From Laetmonice hystrix (taxonomy: Eukaryota), in the NCBI GenBank assembly GCA_965235115.1, contig OZ249441.1:23126001-23190000 (forward strand): a DNA stretch of 64,000 nucleotides, written 5' to 3'. The notes beneath the pieces were generated by a model. That model did not search any database. It was not told the origin of the DNA and was given only the letters and a program-made list of their open reading frames with translations. The translations under genes were made by a program, and so were the position numbers. This document shows positions 36,031 to 48,447 of the stretch, one piece after another. Each line of letters begins with the position of its first letter. Position 1 is the first letter of the stretch.

Positions 36031-38753
36031 TAATCCAAATAGTACTAACTACAGCGTCGGTCTTGTATGATTATGTATTAGAAACTTCTGATTGAAAAGT
36101 AAAGTGTCTGTAGCCCATGGCGTGTCATGTATCTTTGAAAGGAATCCATACCTCCGTATTACAGCTCCGCTGGGGTATGGATGAGTAAAAAAGGATGCAA
36201 GGCATAAAAGGTGCACCGTTGTTGTGTTCTCGGCTCATAATGATTTTTAGTTTCAGTGACATTTCAGCTTGCCCACAACACAATTATAGGCTGGGCGAAC
36301 TCCAAAGACGTGAGTTAACACCAGCGTGGCAGAGAATACCTGTCCCGTTTTTTTCCGGTCACACTGGCTCGTAGTCTGTGCCTGCACCTGCCCACTATCG
36401 GGACACCTATCAATGTATTGTCATAAGAACAATACCCGCTGATGGTGACCTGATCTTAACGGTTGAACCTTGCCATAAAAGGCCAAACTGTGATTGGTAT
36501 GCTAATTAATTGCTGTGTCAGGGACAGCACCCATGGCCATATTTTGTCTCCTTGCCAGAGTTTTATGGGTTGTGACAGCCAAAAAGAGCGTCGTTGATGG
36601 TCGTAACATTGAAACGGGCGATATCGTGTTATTCCATGACTTGACGTTATAAAACTGCACATCGAATTGTGCTATGGTAGTGCATTAAACATGCGGCAGT
36701 TGCTCCCTACGGTGGTGGTGATTGGGGTGGAGGGAGTCGTCACTCCTCGGATCGCTCCTGCGGCCGGCGGCCAAACCCCACCCGGCCGTGGGCGGACGGA
36801 CGTACAGCCGGCCCGGCCAGGCCCCGCCCGGCCCACAGCGGCCACCGCCCCGTCATGAAGACAAATGCCCGCCTTCAGATGGCACCACCCGCAGGCACGG
36901 CTCAGTAGGCATCGCCGCCCCGGTGTCATTTACCTGATCATATTACCTGACAGAAATTGCACGCCTAAAATAGTGTTTACCTGTAATGACAATATAAAGT
37001 GTGCGCCTTTAGATGGAGTTATCTATCTGTTCTCGGTGTAACTGCCACCGACGCTGGGCGTTTTTAAACCCAGCAGAGATGGCTGTGGAATTGCGGGAGG
37101 GGTTAGGAAGGCAATCTGTCTCCATTCTACAAGTAAACGTCCCATGAAATATGAGGTTTGGTATTGTGGTGATATAAATCCCACCAATAGCTATGGTATA
37201 TTGGGGGAGAAAATATCAAAATTTAGATGGAAAACCCGGTGTGGAATAAAGGATAAATTCATGAAAAGAAGAATGACAAATGGGTCTCGACGCCTCGAAT
37301 ATATTGGATGAAATATTGCGGTTACATCCCATTTGTGGAGTTTTTGCACGAATCTAGTAACTTCTTGCCGAATTCTGGCTTGATATTTGAACTGGCTGCA
37401 CGAATCCAAGCGTTGGAGTTTTCCATTATTAGATGACACCGAAACTATAAGATGAAACGCTGCCTAATGTTAAGGTGGAAAAATAGAAAAGACGCCTTTT
37501 AACGTTAAAAAGGTGAGCGGGTATTATGTAACACAGTGCAGGAACCTGCTTGTCGGACAGGTTATCAGGTGTCGCCCAGGTAACGAACGCAGCGTTCTGC
37601 TGAGTCGGCATCATGCTGGCCTCGGCCTCAGGTAAAATCTAACGGGTTCGGTGGAAGATCGAGTTGAGGGAAAGGGGCCTCACCTCCACTTACCCCATTT
37701 TTGACCCCCGCCCCCAGTCCCCGGCCTTTTTCCGACGACGACGACCCGGCCTTGATGCCTGAAGACAATAGGTGGCCACCCCCTGACCTCGAGCAGACAA
37801 CGAACAAAGAAACATGACATGCACTTTGTCAGGCCGAGTTCACCCGGCAACTTTCTATAGAGGATTACGTAAACACTGTGAACCGTGGGGTAACTTGTTG
37901 TGAACGGTCTGACCGGGGACGTATACATCAGCGAGTGAGGGAGAATTGGTGACAGACTGCTGTGGATCAAAGACAAAGCAGATTGTGGATCCCACAGAAA
38001 TAGTATTTTACACTTTGTGGGTCTTTGTGGCGGCAGCGGGCTGGGAGAGGATGCTATATTTTGTTTATTTGAGTCGAGTCGGATTTTACACTCAGCATCA
38101 GAAGTGCACAAGTTGACATTTAGTCAGAGAGGAGGTGACACCTGTCGTATGAAGTTCATAGGTGTCAGGAGGGGAGCGAGATTACGCAGTATTCTCATCG
38201 ACGGCTTTGAAAATATGTTGGCGGGTGAAAATATCCGTGGATCCAGCGAGATTGAAGCGTGAGGCCAGGTTGTGCCTGCATGACTCAGGCTCGTGTGGTC
38301 AATGTGGTTTTCTTTGTTTCCACGAGGGCTCCTCCGCGCAACGCCAGACTCTCTTCTTCTCTCAGTCCCCCCCCCCCCCTCCAACCACGACCGCCCCCCG
38401 CCCCAACACACACACCAACCAACATCACGTCGAAAAACCCCATCAGCAAACGCCACAAAGGCCTTTGTTCTGGATCTCAGTCTCGTACAACCTTCATCCC
38501 GTTAGCACCTTCTCCAGGTCAGAGCAGGAGGATGACCTGACACTGAACACCTTCACCGCCCCCCCCCCCCCCGATACCACTGTTCACTGAACGTATTAAA
38601 AGTTCACGTCACGGTGATGGCTACCCCACCCCCCGCTCGGGGGGAGGGGAGTGAATCCCCGGACTCCCCCCCCCCCACACACACACACACACTCCCGGTC
38701 AGGAGGGGTCAACGGAGATACCCCTTCTTACATTCTAAGGCACGGGGGTTAGT

Positions 38754-38773
38754 AGGATTACGATCGTAATCCT
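38754..38773. other. Perfect 20-bp palindrome
   Basis: AGGATTACGATCGTAATCCT equals its own reverse complement. Confidence 0.9.
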
Positions 38774-41700
38774 GAATTATCGCAGTGAATTAATGGACGA
38801 TGAGTAGGGAAAGTCTGAATTTTACGGATTTAATCACCCCCCCCCCCTCACACACACACAAAAGAAAATTGCTAGCAGGTGACCCTTACAAATTGAAATG
38901 CTGCAACCTTCCATGTTTTGCATAGGTTGTATCATGTTTTCGCCGTGAAGATGGCTTTAGATACCGACACGGCGCAAAACACCACTGCTCACTCACTCTC
39001 TGACCATATCATAGGGATCGTGCCCATAATGTAACACAAAGTTTAGATTATGATTAGTTGCTTATAGCTCACGGTCAGCAGGGTACAAAAGTATATACAG
39101 GGTGTTACCGGTAGATGATCCCTCGTATGGTTGATTCTAATCGTGGTGGTCAGGGACCATTTCTGTTGGACTCGTACAGTACATGGAGGTCCAAGTCCGC
39201 TCAATGTTTGTGTGGGTGGGGTAGCTCACATGTAAACTAACTCTGCCTATGTTAATTGTTCCGTGAAGTGAATGGTATTTGGTAGAAGTTTAGATGCCCT
39301 GTTAGACAATGATTACTATACTTCTGTAAGAGTTACGCGGTTTCCTTTGGTTCTAGCCTGGGGATGAGAGTCGCAAGTCATTGATAAACCACCATTTGTG
39401 GTCAGCTGGGTATGGTAGGAATCCACCGTACAACCATAGCTTGGCTCTGCCACCTGGTTAGTGAAAGAACAACATACTAATAGTACAGGCAACCGTGGTG
39501 GGACGTGGATCCTTTCCCACCCTCAAGTGACATGCCTCTCGTTCACTGAGGTCTGTTTGAACACACCGACATTGTGTATATGTAATTTCATGCCAAGAAT
39601 ATTACCGCATGCTCAAATTGTTGGAAACATCTCCTATTAACGAATGCCGAACTTTGTGTATGGGGCGGAGAAATTACATTGTAGCATTCATGAGTACTTT
39701 CATAGATTCATAGATAATTTCTCATATGAAATTAAACTATTCCTGTTTACTTTACGAAGGACTGAAGATATCAGGGCGCAGTAAGATGGACAGAATGGTA
39801 GACACAGAGTTTCTAAGCGACCCTGACGCTACAACATTTAGCGGTCAGTGTCTTGTGTTTTTAGGCGTTCGAGTTTATGTCCGACATTTTGTGAGACAGG
39901 AAAATAACGTCAGTAATCAATGTATTCTTCTTTTAAATTCCATGTATATTGATGTCACACCATAGATAAGTCAGTCTCTCTAAAAGGGAGCAGTTCAGTC
40001 TTTCCTTCGGTGCATCCTCTTCACGGAGTTCTTCTTCCTCCGTTGCTCGCTAAATTCTTGTTTCTCCTTAGTTCTCCTACTTCTCCTTAGTTTCTGAATG
40101 GTATATATATCTGTTTAATAATATACATTGTACTCTAAATTCTGTTGAGTTTTAAAACAAAGGGAAATCGTTTATCTGTCGATATTTTCTGTGAATTCTG
40201 GTGTCTGATTTACTTCTGTTTTATCGCTCCAATTACGACATTAATGTCTTCAAAATATTTCAGAAAATTGCCATGTGGTTCACGTAAATAACATTTTTCG
40301 GAGAATGATGAAAATTGGTTCACAGTACTAATGGATGTCATTCCTAGTTGGATCCTTGGAAAACCCAGATGGAATCGGTGTATTTGCGTACGCTGTTAGA
40401 GTACAATATTGTTTTCTAGGGAAGAGTTGTTTTTTGGATGCACAATATTGTTTTCTGGCATTATTGAGAAGAATGACTCCGGTTAAACGACAGCCACTCT
40501 CTTAATGCAATTGAATAGTTGGCGTAGGTTGGTGGTTGACTGTTGTAACTAGGCGGCCATCTTGAAACCACAAATAGGACATACTGTAGGTGCGGGAAGG
40601 ATGCCCCCCCCCCCCCCCCCCAAACACGCACACACAACTGGGAGAGGTCGCTCGTCCCTGTGAGTAAAGTGGTCCACTTGGCAGGCCAAACCTGAATGCA
40701 TGGTATTGGGCAGTTTATTATGTAGTTTATCAACCCTTTTATCTTAAACATTTCATAAATCTCTTTGTAGTACATTTCCGATTCAATACTGTGAATGGCA
40801 TCGCCACCTTCTCACTGTAAGTTTGCTACCGTAACATTTAGAATAATTTTTTTCCACCTACATATTTGAGCAGGACTACTGTTGACTCATGACCGGGAGT
40901 TATGTGAGAAACCATGATGTAGAGGACTGTACACGTTCAGTTAATAAACCCGAGATTGCCGAGTTCCTGTTAATGTGCAGGGCGGCCGTATGTAGGTCAG
41001 ATTTGTTCCAGGAGCTTGTTTACTATACAATTTGTACACACAAATTACAGTTTCTAAGAAGGAACAGTGTTATATGGAGCCTACAGAGTGGAGCCTACCT
41101 TCAGATCGAGTCTACCAAATTCTTGACGACGTTAACTCCCTGAACGAGTGGGCACCCGTCCGTCATGTTCAACTGTCCGAGGTTTGCCGGGGAGCAGGAG
41201 GGTACTGCCTCCGAAATGATATGTAAACCTTGGCCGGAAGATGCTACCAGACTATGTCCTTGGTATGTCCTCATTTTAACATCACACACGTCCGATTACC
41301 ACTCCCAGAAACCACTCTTATGTAATCATATTTTAAACCAGCCAATCCCGTTCCTTGTTGCTCTCATGCCACACCAGGGTCGGTGGCAGCGATTGGCCAG
41401 TTTTTTGCGTGGATTGTTTGGGTTCCACGGAATTCCCACGTTTCAAGACTATGTCCTGAGTATGACATAGTTTTTAAAGCCACAAACATAAAACATGTGG
41501 TCAGTTTAGTATTTGTTCAGATTTGACCCAGATTTCAATGAATCAGAAGCTTTGAAAGAGGGCCTCATAAACTTGCACCAAGACGAACTACGTACCGGCT
41601 GACCTAGTCAGAAGAGGTCACTAGCCTCTATTTTTTTCCAGTAGAAATCTGGAAAGAGGGGATGAAAAAAGTGACCTGGATTTTTGTCATGAAATATTGT

Positions 41701-44407
41701 TCCTCCTTCATGGACCCTACCGTCTCTGGCCCAGAAAGAAACGTCCAGCTTGTTTCATGGATGTCTTGTCAGAATGGTTGCATGACTTCAGAAAAACATG
41801 CTAAGTAAAGAATTGGTAGTAAAATTCCGTGAGTGCGACCACAAGATGGCCACCTCGGGTGTGTTGGTGACAGGTCAAGCAAGGTGTAGGGTCGGCTAAG
41901 GTTGGCTGTGGCTGCGGTGGCTTGCGGTTGGCGCGGTCGCCTCCAGAAACATCAGTATCCAGTCGGTTGAGTAGCCTGGCATAGTGACACTCTGGCCAGA
42001 TATCGGTAGCCTGTTGACCTGTTGAGGTTCTTCAGTGAAGGCTCTCTGCAAAACCTGCGCTGAAGACCTGCAAGGGTCCCGCGAGGACAAGGCCCCAATC
42101 GATCCCGGCAGGCGAGGAAGGAGGCGGAGGTCCTTTGGACTGAATGGGAACCCCCCGCTCCGAGTACCAAGAAAAGACCGACTTTTTTGGCCGATACGTG
42201 TGTCTGATACGGAGGCCTCACATGTGTCGTATGACGTTTGCATTAACAGTCCCGGCGGCATCTTGCTGACATCATCCCAGTCAACCCGACTCGGCTCAAC
42301 ATGCACGCCGCCAACCGTTGTTGAACCAGTAACCTAACAACAATCTGGGATTTCGGTCAGCAGGGCCATCGATGGGCCATTATAGGGCGGCCCACAGGGT
42401 TGGCCCCCATCACGACAGGAGCCGGGCCCGCCCTGCCCTTGGATAGTTTGTGGCTTGGCAACATCTATGCACTTAGCTCAGTTCCATTCGGAGTCAGGCT
42501 TTTTCCATGAAACCATGGTGTATATATATATTTAAGTTGAACCCACTTTGGCCATTGTCCGCCCGACCTGTGGCGCACCAAAGGCAGAAGGAACAAACAT
42601 GATCGTGAACATGACGCTGCTTTCAAAGTGAGCCTTGCACTGTTCAAAGAAGCTCCCAAGTTTTCATGACCTACTAAGAATATTTGACCTTATTCTCAAA
42701 GAAATAACCGACTTATGATGTTTGATTTTTGTGGGAGACGTCGGTCAACGTTTTAAATGACAGCCATCGAAGTAGGAATGTTGATGCCTAATCGCTGCAT
42801 GTCGACCTTTGATGAGGAGTTTGGCCTCTGGTGACGGTGGCATTGAAGACCACCATTTTTATTGATCTAATTTCACCAGGACTGTCATCATGGACTGCAC
42901 TATATTAGCGGCATGCTGACATTTATCTCATTTATTATTGCCAGAGCTCCCCCAATGGATATAAATAAATTAAACCTCCCTAGACCGTAAAAAAGACGAT
43001 TCAGCGACAGCACTGGATAAGGTGACAAGAAAACCAACTGCCTTAAATTGAACATTTTGTCTACGAGTCGTGTGCGGCTTACCAGTCACAGACACATGCC
43101 TGTCACATACAAGACCCTGCGGGTTTTGATCAGGATTTGGTTTCTTTTGATGGTTTTGCATGTGGGCGCAGTGCGGTGATGGGGAGGGCCGCCGCCTCGG
43201 ATGGAGAGCCTTGTTTGCTGGGGGTTGGTTAGCGGCGGGCGGGTGGGTGGCCGGGTGATGCCCTGGCCGGGCGAGGTGAGCCCCGGACCCAGGTAAGGGC
43301 TCCCTGTCTCCCCCCTCCCTCCCACCGCTCCCCCCGTCCTCCTCCTCCTCCTGCTGCCACGACCCGCCAATCCTGCGTGCTCCCACCGCCTTATATGGCG
43401 CAACGCATGACACTGCATTCTCCTCGACACGAGCTGATTGGCTCAGCGTCTTGACGATTTTTTCACCCCCGCGGATGCTAATATTGGCGGAGGAGATGTC
43501 TTTTCAACCCGGCTCCATCCTCTGGTCTCGGGGTTGGTCGGACCCCGGCTGTTGCTGCAGGCCCCGTTGACCTTCAGCCGTCGGGATGACCCTGTCCCAC
43601 ACCGGACGCGGCCAGACCGGGTATTACACACATCATGGCCACTGATTTACAACAAACATAATTAACATTCCCAATACAAAAATAAATGGGCTGTGGTTTG
43701 GTTTAACATTAAATTTAAACCCGGGCCGTTCAACTGCGAGGTATTTTCCCTGCTGTCAACTAAAGGGGACCTATTTAAAGTTTAAGTGTACTTATTTAGT
43801 CAGAAAAGAAAGTTTCTACAAAAATTATGCTCGGAGTTCTTGTTGGTGTCACCATGCTTTTTGCAAGAAGAATCAAAATAGTCTATTAAATGTTAAACTC
43901 TTCCGACTTGCTAAGATGCCACATGCATGAATTCCCATAGTGTTACAGTTTTGATGGCATGTGAATGGCGGTGGTTAGCATGTTTCCCCAGTAACTAAGA
44001 ATTAGGATTTGATGAGACTATAAGTTTGAAAAAGTAATTAAATAATGATTCAAAAGTATATCCTTGCCGCGGCAGGCTTTCTTACGTCAATGTATGTCTG
44101 TATAAATGTTCAAAGCAGAACTACAAAATGTGGAAGACTTAAAACAGCTTTAAGGAGAATGTAAATGACCTGTCTAAAAGCAAATCATTGTAATGATAAC
44201 TAACGCCATAAACACTGAATACAATATTTCTCTAATAAAGTGCTTGTCAGTATTATTTGTAGAAATACAGACAATAGGATTCGTGCCCTCATGGCTATGC
44301 AGTGTGATGATTAATTAAATCAGCTCATTTTGTTTACCATCTTTGATAAAAACTAGGCATTGCTTTTGTAGACTACGGGCAATGAGATGTATTTCAGTGT
44401 ATCTGGC

Positions 44408-44440
44408 AACTTCCATTTGTATCTAATACAAATGGAAGTT
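44408..44440. other. Perfect hairpin, 15-bp stem and 3-nt loop
   Basis: AACTTCCATTTGTAT-CTA-ATACAAATGGAAGTT. Confidence 0.9.
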
Positions 44441-47400
44441 TAGATTTTTAGATGCGCTGGAAGTGTCCATTACAGGGTGAATGAAGATGATAGGAACTAA
44501 AAATGACTTTGTCCACAGTGAAATTTTATTACCAGTGAACTTTCAAATGTCAAATATGTTAGTATGTAGGTGGTTTGGTACAGTGCATTTATAACAGCGG
44601 AACATTTATAACAAAGCACGCAAATTTGCACCCTATAATCTACTACTAGGTCGGGAAATGGTCATTTCAGATGTTGGCCTAGACGTAGTTTCACAGATTT
44701 ATATTTATTATACCAGATATGACTAGCGTTAGAGTTATGAACATACCGGGGCTCTGAAGACGGGCTGCCAGAGTACCATCGAGACAGCTGCAGTGAGCCA
44801 AGGCAAAGAGGAGTCCGTGGTTCTAGGAGCTATGGAAGGTCAAAGAGGTGCCTGGATTGATTCATTAGTACAACTTCCGCGTGGTACAAGGGTTGTATGG
44901 TAAGATCCATACTTTAATTAGGATGATGTGAATTAGCAATATAAACTTTTTGTCTGCTCACGGTGAGTTTATAAGTACGCTTTCAAGACATGCATGGGGA
45001 AACAAGTCATTGTGAATGAAGCTAACGGTCGCCGTCAGCGACATGATGCTGCAGCGCATGTAACCTTGCGGCGACGTCCATGTTGTAAGATTGCATCAGT
45101 GGTGGTTATGTAATGTGACCTGAACCTCCTCGGCAGGATACGGACAGCGGGACAGAGGCGTCTCGGGGGACATGGCGGCCGAGGTAACGGTATATTCGTA
45201 CGTTATGGGAACTAAGTTGTGGCCGATGTCAGGTTTACAACCCTTGGAGGGTCGAGACAACAAGCCAGGTTCTTGTATCAAAATGGCTCCCAGCCAGTGC
45301 TGGCCACGATAGCCGTGATTATATAACCATGATCTTACACCCCGTGTGTCAGCCGAACTGGGAGGGATGGATACGTACGATGGTTGACGGGCGCTCTTGC
45401 TGGTTATATGTTACGTATGTATGTGAGAAGGGATGTATGGGGTGGGATCGGCTGACAGTGGGCGGCTGTCGTGTAAGAGGAGGAGGTGAGGGCGGATCAA
45501 CAAGGTTACGGAGGCTGAGGTTGGGGGAGATGATGAGGATGACTCACCTCTTGCCATCCAATAATCGAGGAATCCGCCAACGATGCAGTGGAGAGCTGGC
45601 CTGGGTGATGTGATGGTGGAGGTGACGGCACAAGGTTGGAGGGTCATCCACCCTGCCGACGGGCTTGGCCAGCCCAGGGCCTTCTGGTCGTCAACGGTAG
45701 CCACCACTGGCGCTTTGGGTCGAGCCCCCAACAACTAACTTCACAGTCCCACACACACGCACCGCACAAAACACCTCTCCCAGCCTGTCTTCAACAGCCA
45801 AGAACCGGACCTGTTTAAACCGTTCCCTTGCTCTTGGAGAATAACAAGAAATCGACCGCAAAGTCCATTTAAAAAAGAGTGTAGATGATATTTAGGCAAA
45901 AGGGAGAAAAGGTGTAAATGTGGTGGTGTCTGGGTGTGCTACTGCTGCTGCTGCTGCTGTTGTTGTTTTGTGGCGCAGCTATTGCTTAGTTGTGGAGCGA
46001 AAGCCGCCTGGTTGATGTTTTCACGGAGACGGTTATTGGTGGATCCTGTGGGCGTGCGGTTCTTGCGGTGGCCTTGTGTGGCAGCGGTGGCTTCTGCAAC
46101 AGCAGTGTCGCCACGCCAGAGACAGCAGAGGGGGCAGGCCTTGTAGATGGCAAAGCCATGCAAGACAAATGGTGGCAAGAGCAGTTGACTCGGGGGAGCA
46201 GTTCCCTCACCTAGAATGGCCAGGTCGGCCTCTTACTTGTCTTATCATTTCTCCCTTGTCACCCTGCTCACGGCCTTCGTTAATTTGAATTTCCTTCTGA
46301 CTAATCAGACTCTTGCCGCGAGGACAGCCGATTGTCGGCTAGATTAGGTGGTGAATGGTAGGCTAGGGCCAGGTAAACTACATACAGGCCTGCCTGAGTA
46401 AAGACTTTATTGTAATCCAGCTATGACAAAATGCATGAAATTTTTGCGGTTACCATAGAGGCGGTCGTCAACTATGTCCCCGTCGCTCGGAAGGCGAGCA
46501 CGTGGCCTGCACCCAGTTCATGTTTAGTCTCCTTATTCAAAGTGACCAATCACATTGCCCAGACCTACATTCGGGTGTAGTAATACATTGGCATGACCGG
46601 AGGTGATGTGGTCAGTGCGAGTATCCACTGAATGGACACGATGGATATAGGGACTTCATGCTTGATTATACCAACAGGCGTCAACTCAGCGTGGGGCGGC
46701 CAAGGCTGAGATACCCGACCAAAAGTGTCTGCCAAAAGCAACAATACAAGCAATACCCTCAAAGAAGGGGACCAGGGAAGAGTAAAAGAACTACCTGTGG
46801 CCCCCCTCGCTTGCTGAAAGTAGCAATACAAATATTTGTGTGTTGTTTAGTATGCACTTCGTTCGTGTTTTGCGGCTCGCTGGGCTGATGGAATGCGACA
46901 GGCTGGGCACGAATATTGAACACTGACCGCAGATAGGCCATTCACCCTCACAACCCGGCACCTGAAGTACATAATTGATAAAGTAATCAGGACTTAGACT
47001 GATAATTCTTGAGGAGAGATTGTCAAAATATGTGCGAGACTCAGCTCACTGACTTACGCATCTTAGCGGAAGAGAAACTCAATAACAGCAGGAAGGAAGA
47101 CTCGCCAATTATATTACTAGAAAGGTTTCTTAGAATAATAATAGGTATTCTTCAAATCGTGCGAGCCTCATGAGCCATCCTCAGACTATTCTAATGAGGT
47201 TATTTGAAGTCAGGAGGCAGGTTTTTTCAGCTATTCCAGCGCAACGTTTTCTCTGAGTGGACTGATTTGGATCAAAAGCTCAAGTTGTAGCTTTCAGTAT
47301 ACCCTTATATCATCTACACTAAAGATATAATCTTTTCCTGAACTCATCCTTTAAGAAATCAGTATCCTCATTCAACATGTCATTGGACAACCAAGGCCAA

Positions 47401-47595
47401 ATATGTCTCCATCCTTCCTAAATAACAGGCAGACGTCATCATTTTCTTGTCTCTCTTTCTGACGTACCTTCCTCTATATCCTACAAAACGAGATACATGT
47501 AACTTTGGACTACAGCGAAAGATATCTTGGATTTCGTGGCGTTTCTTTCCTTAATTAGTCATGGAAGGAAAGAAATATTGACATAGCAGAATATA

Positions 47596-48447
47596 TCGGG
47601 TGGATAAAAAAAAACGCCCCGAACTTTAAACTTTAATATATCAAAAACTATCCATCATAATTCAATAAAATTTCTCTTAATATAACTTCCTGATATTATC
47701 TCTTGTATGTTAAAGTTTCAGCTCAATAGCTTTGATATTAATCCCGTGGCGCTAAAAACAAAAATCAGTGTCTAAAAACACAATGCCGGAATTAGGTCAA
47801 ATATCATGCAGCTGCCAGGTTTTCAATTTGACACTTATTTGATGCACCGCATTGTACCTTGGGTAAAAAAAATTCAATATTTAGTTTTTGCATGGTTTAC
47901 AATATGTATAATGTTGTGAACCACTAGATATAATAAATTATGTGCTATTCCCAGTACTTCTAGAGAAACCCAGATGTTTAATTTGCCAAACCCTACAGAG
48001 AAACTGCAACATTAGGACGATATGACTGTAACCAGAAGTTTAAGGGAAATCGTATCATTATCACGTTTAGCAACACGTTCAGAACGCTGCTTATTTCCCA
48101 ATAATGGGAAGATAATTCCTATCAGAGATCAGGAAGTGCATTGGCGCATGGAAAAAGAGACTGAGAGCAGTATGAAGTGAACACGGGGGACCGATTGACC
48201 ACCTACTCTAGTGTGAGGCCAGGGACTCTGGTGCGACTACCACTCGCTTTAGCCCGGCATTGCGCTTTTGTACAATGATTTTTGTTTTTAGCGCTACGGA
48301 AATACTATCCAAGCTATTGAGTTGTAACATTAACAACAAAGAGACAACATCATGAAGTGATAGTAAGAAAATTTTCATTGAATTACAATCAATACTTTTT
48401 GAAATATTGGAGTTTAAAGTTCGGGGCGTTTTTTTTTATCCACCCGA
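47596..48447. mobile_element. Tc1/mariner-type non-autonomous element (852 bp) with long TIRs
   Basis: TA|TCGGGTGGATAAAAAAAAACGCCCCGAACTTTAAACT...AGTTTAAAGTTCGGGGCGTTTTTTTTTATCCACCCGA|TA. The inverted similarity continues imperfectly for about 170 bp; no transposase ORF. Confidence 0.9.

Noticed and set aside
38146-38205. MRILRNLAPLLTPMNFIRQ as a P1-type Runx exon (ends like RUNX3 TFIR)
   Set aside because: The donor is weak (GTGTCA) and phase 0, which would hit a stop immediately after the 5079 acceptor.
41896-42337. Overlapping 89-136 aa ORFs
   Set aside because: No homology or splice support; GC-rich sequence explains the open frames.
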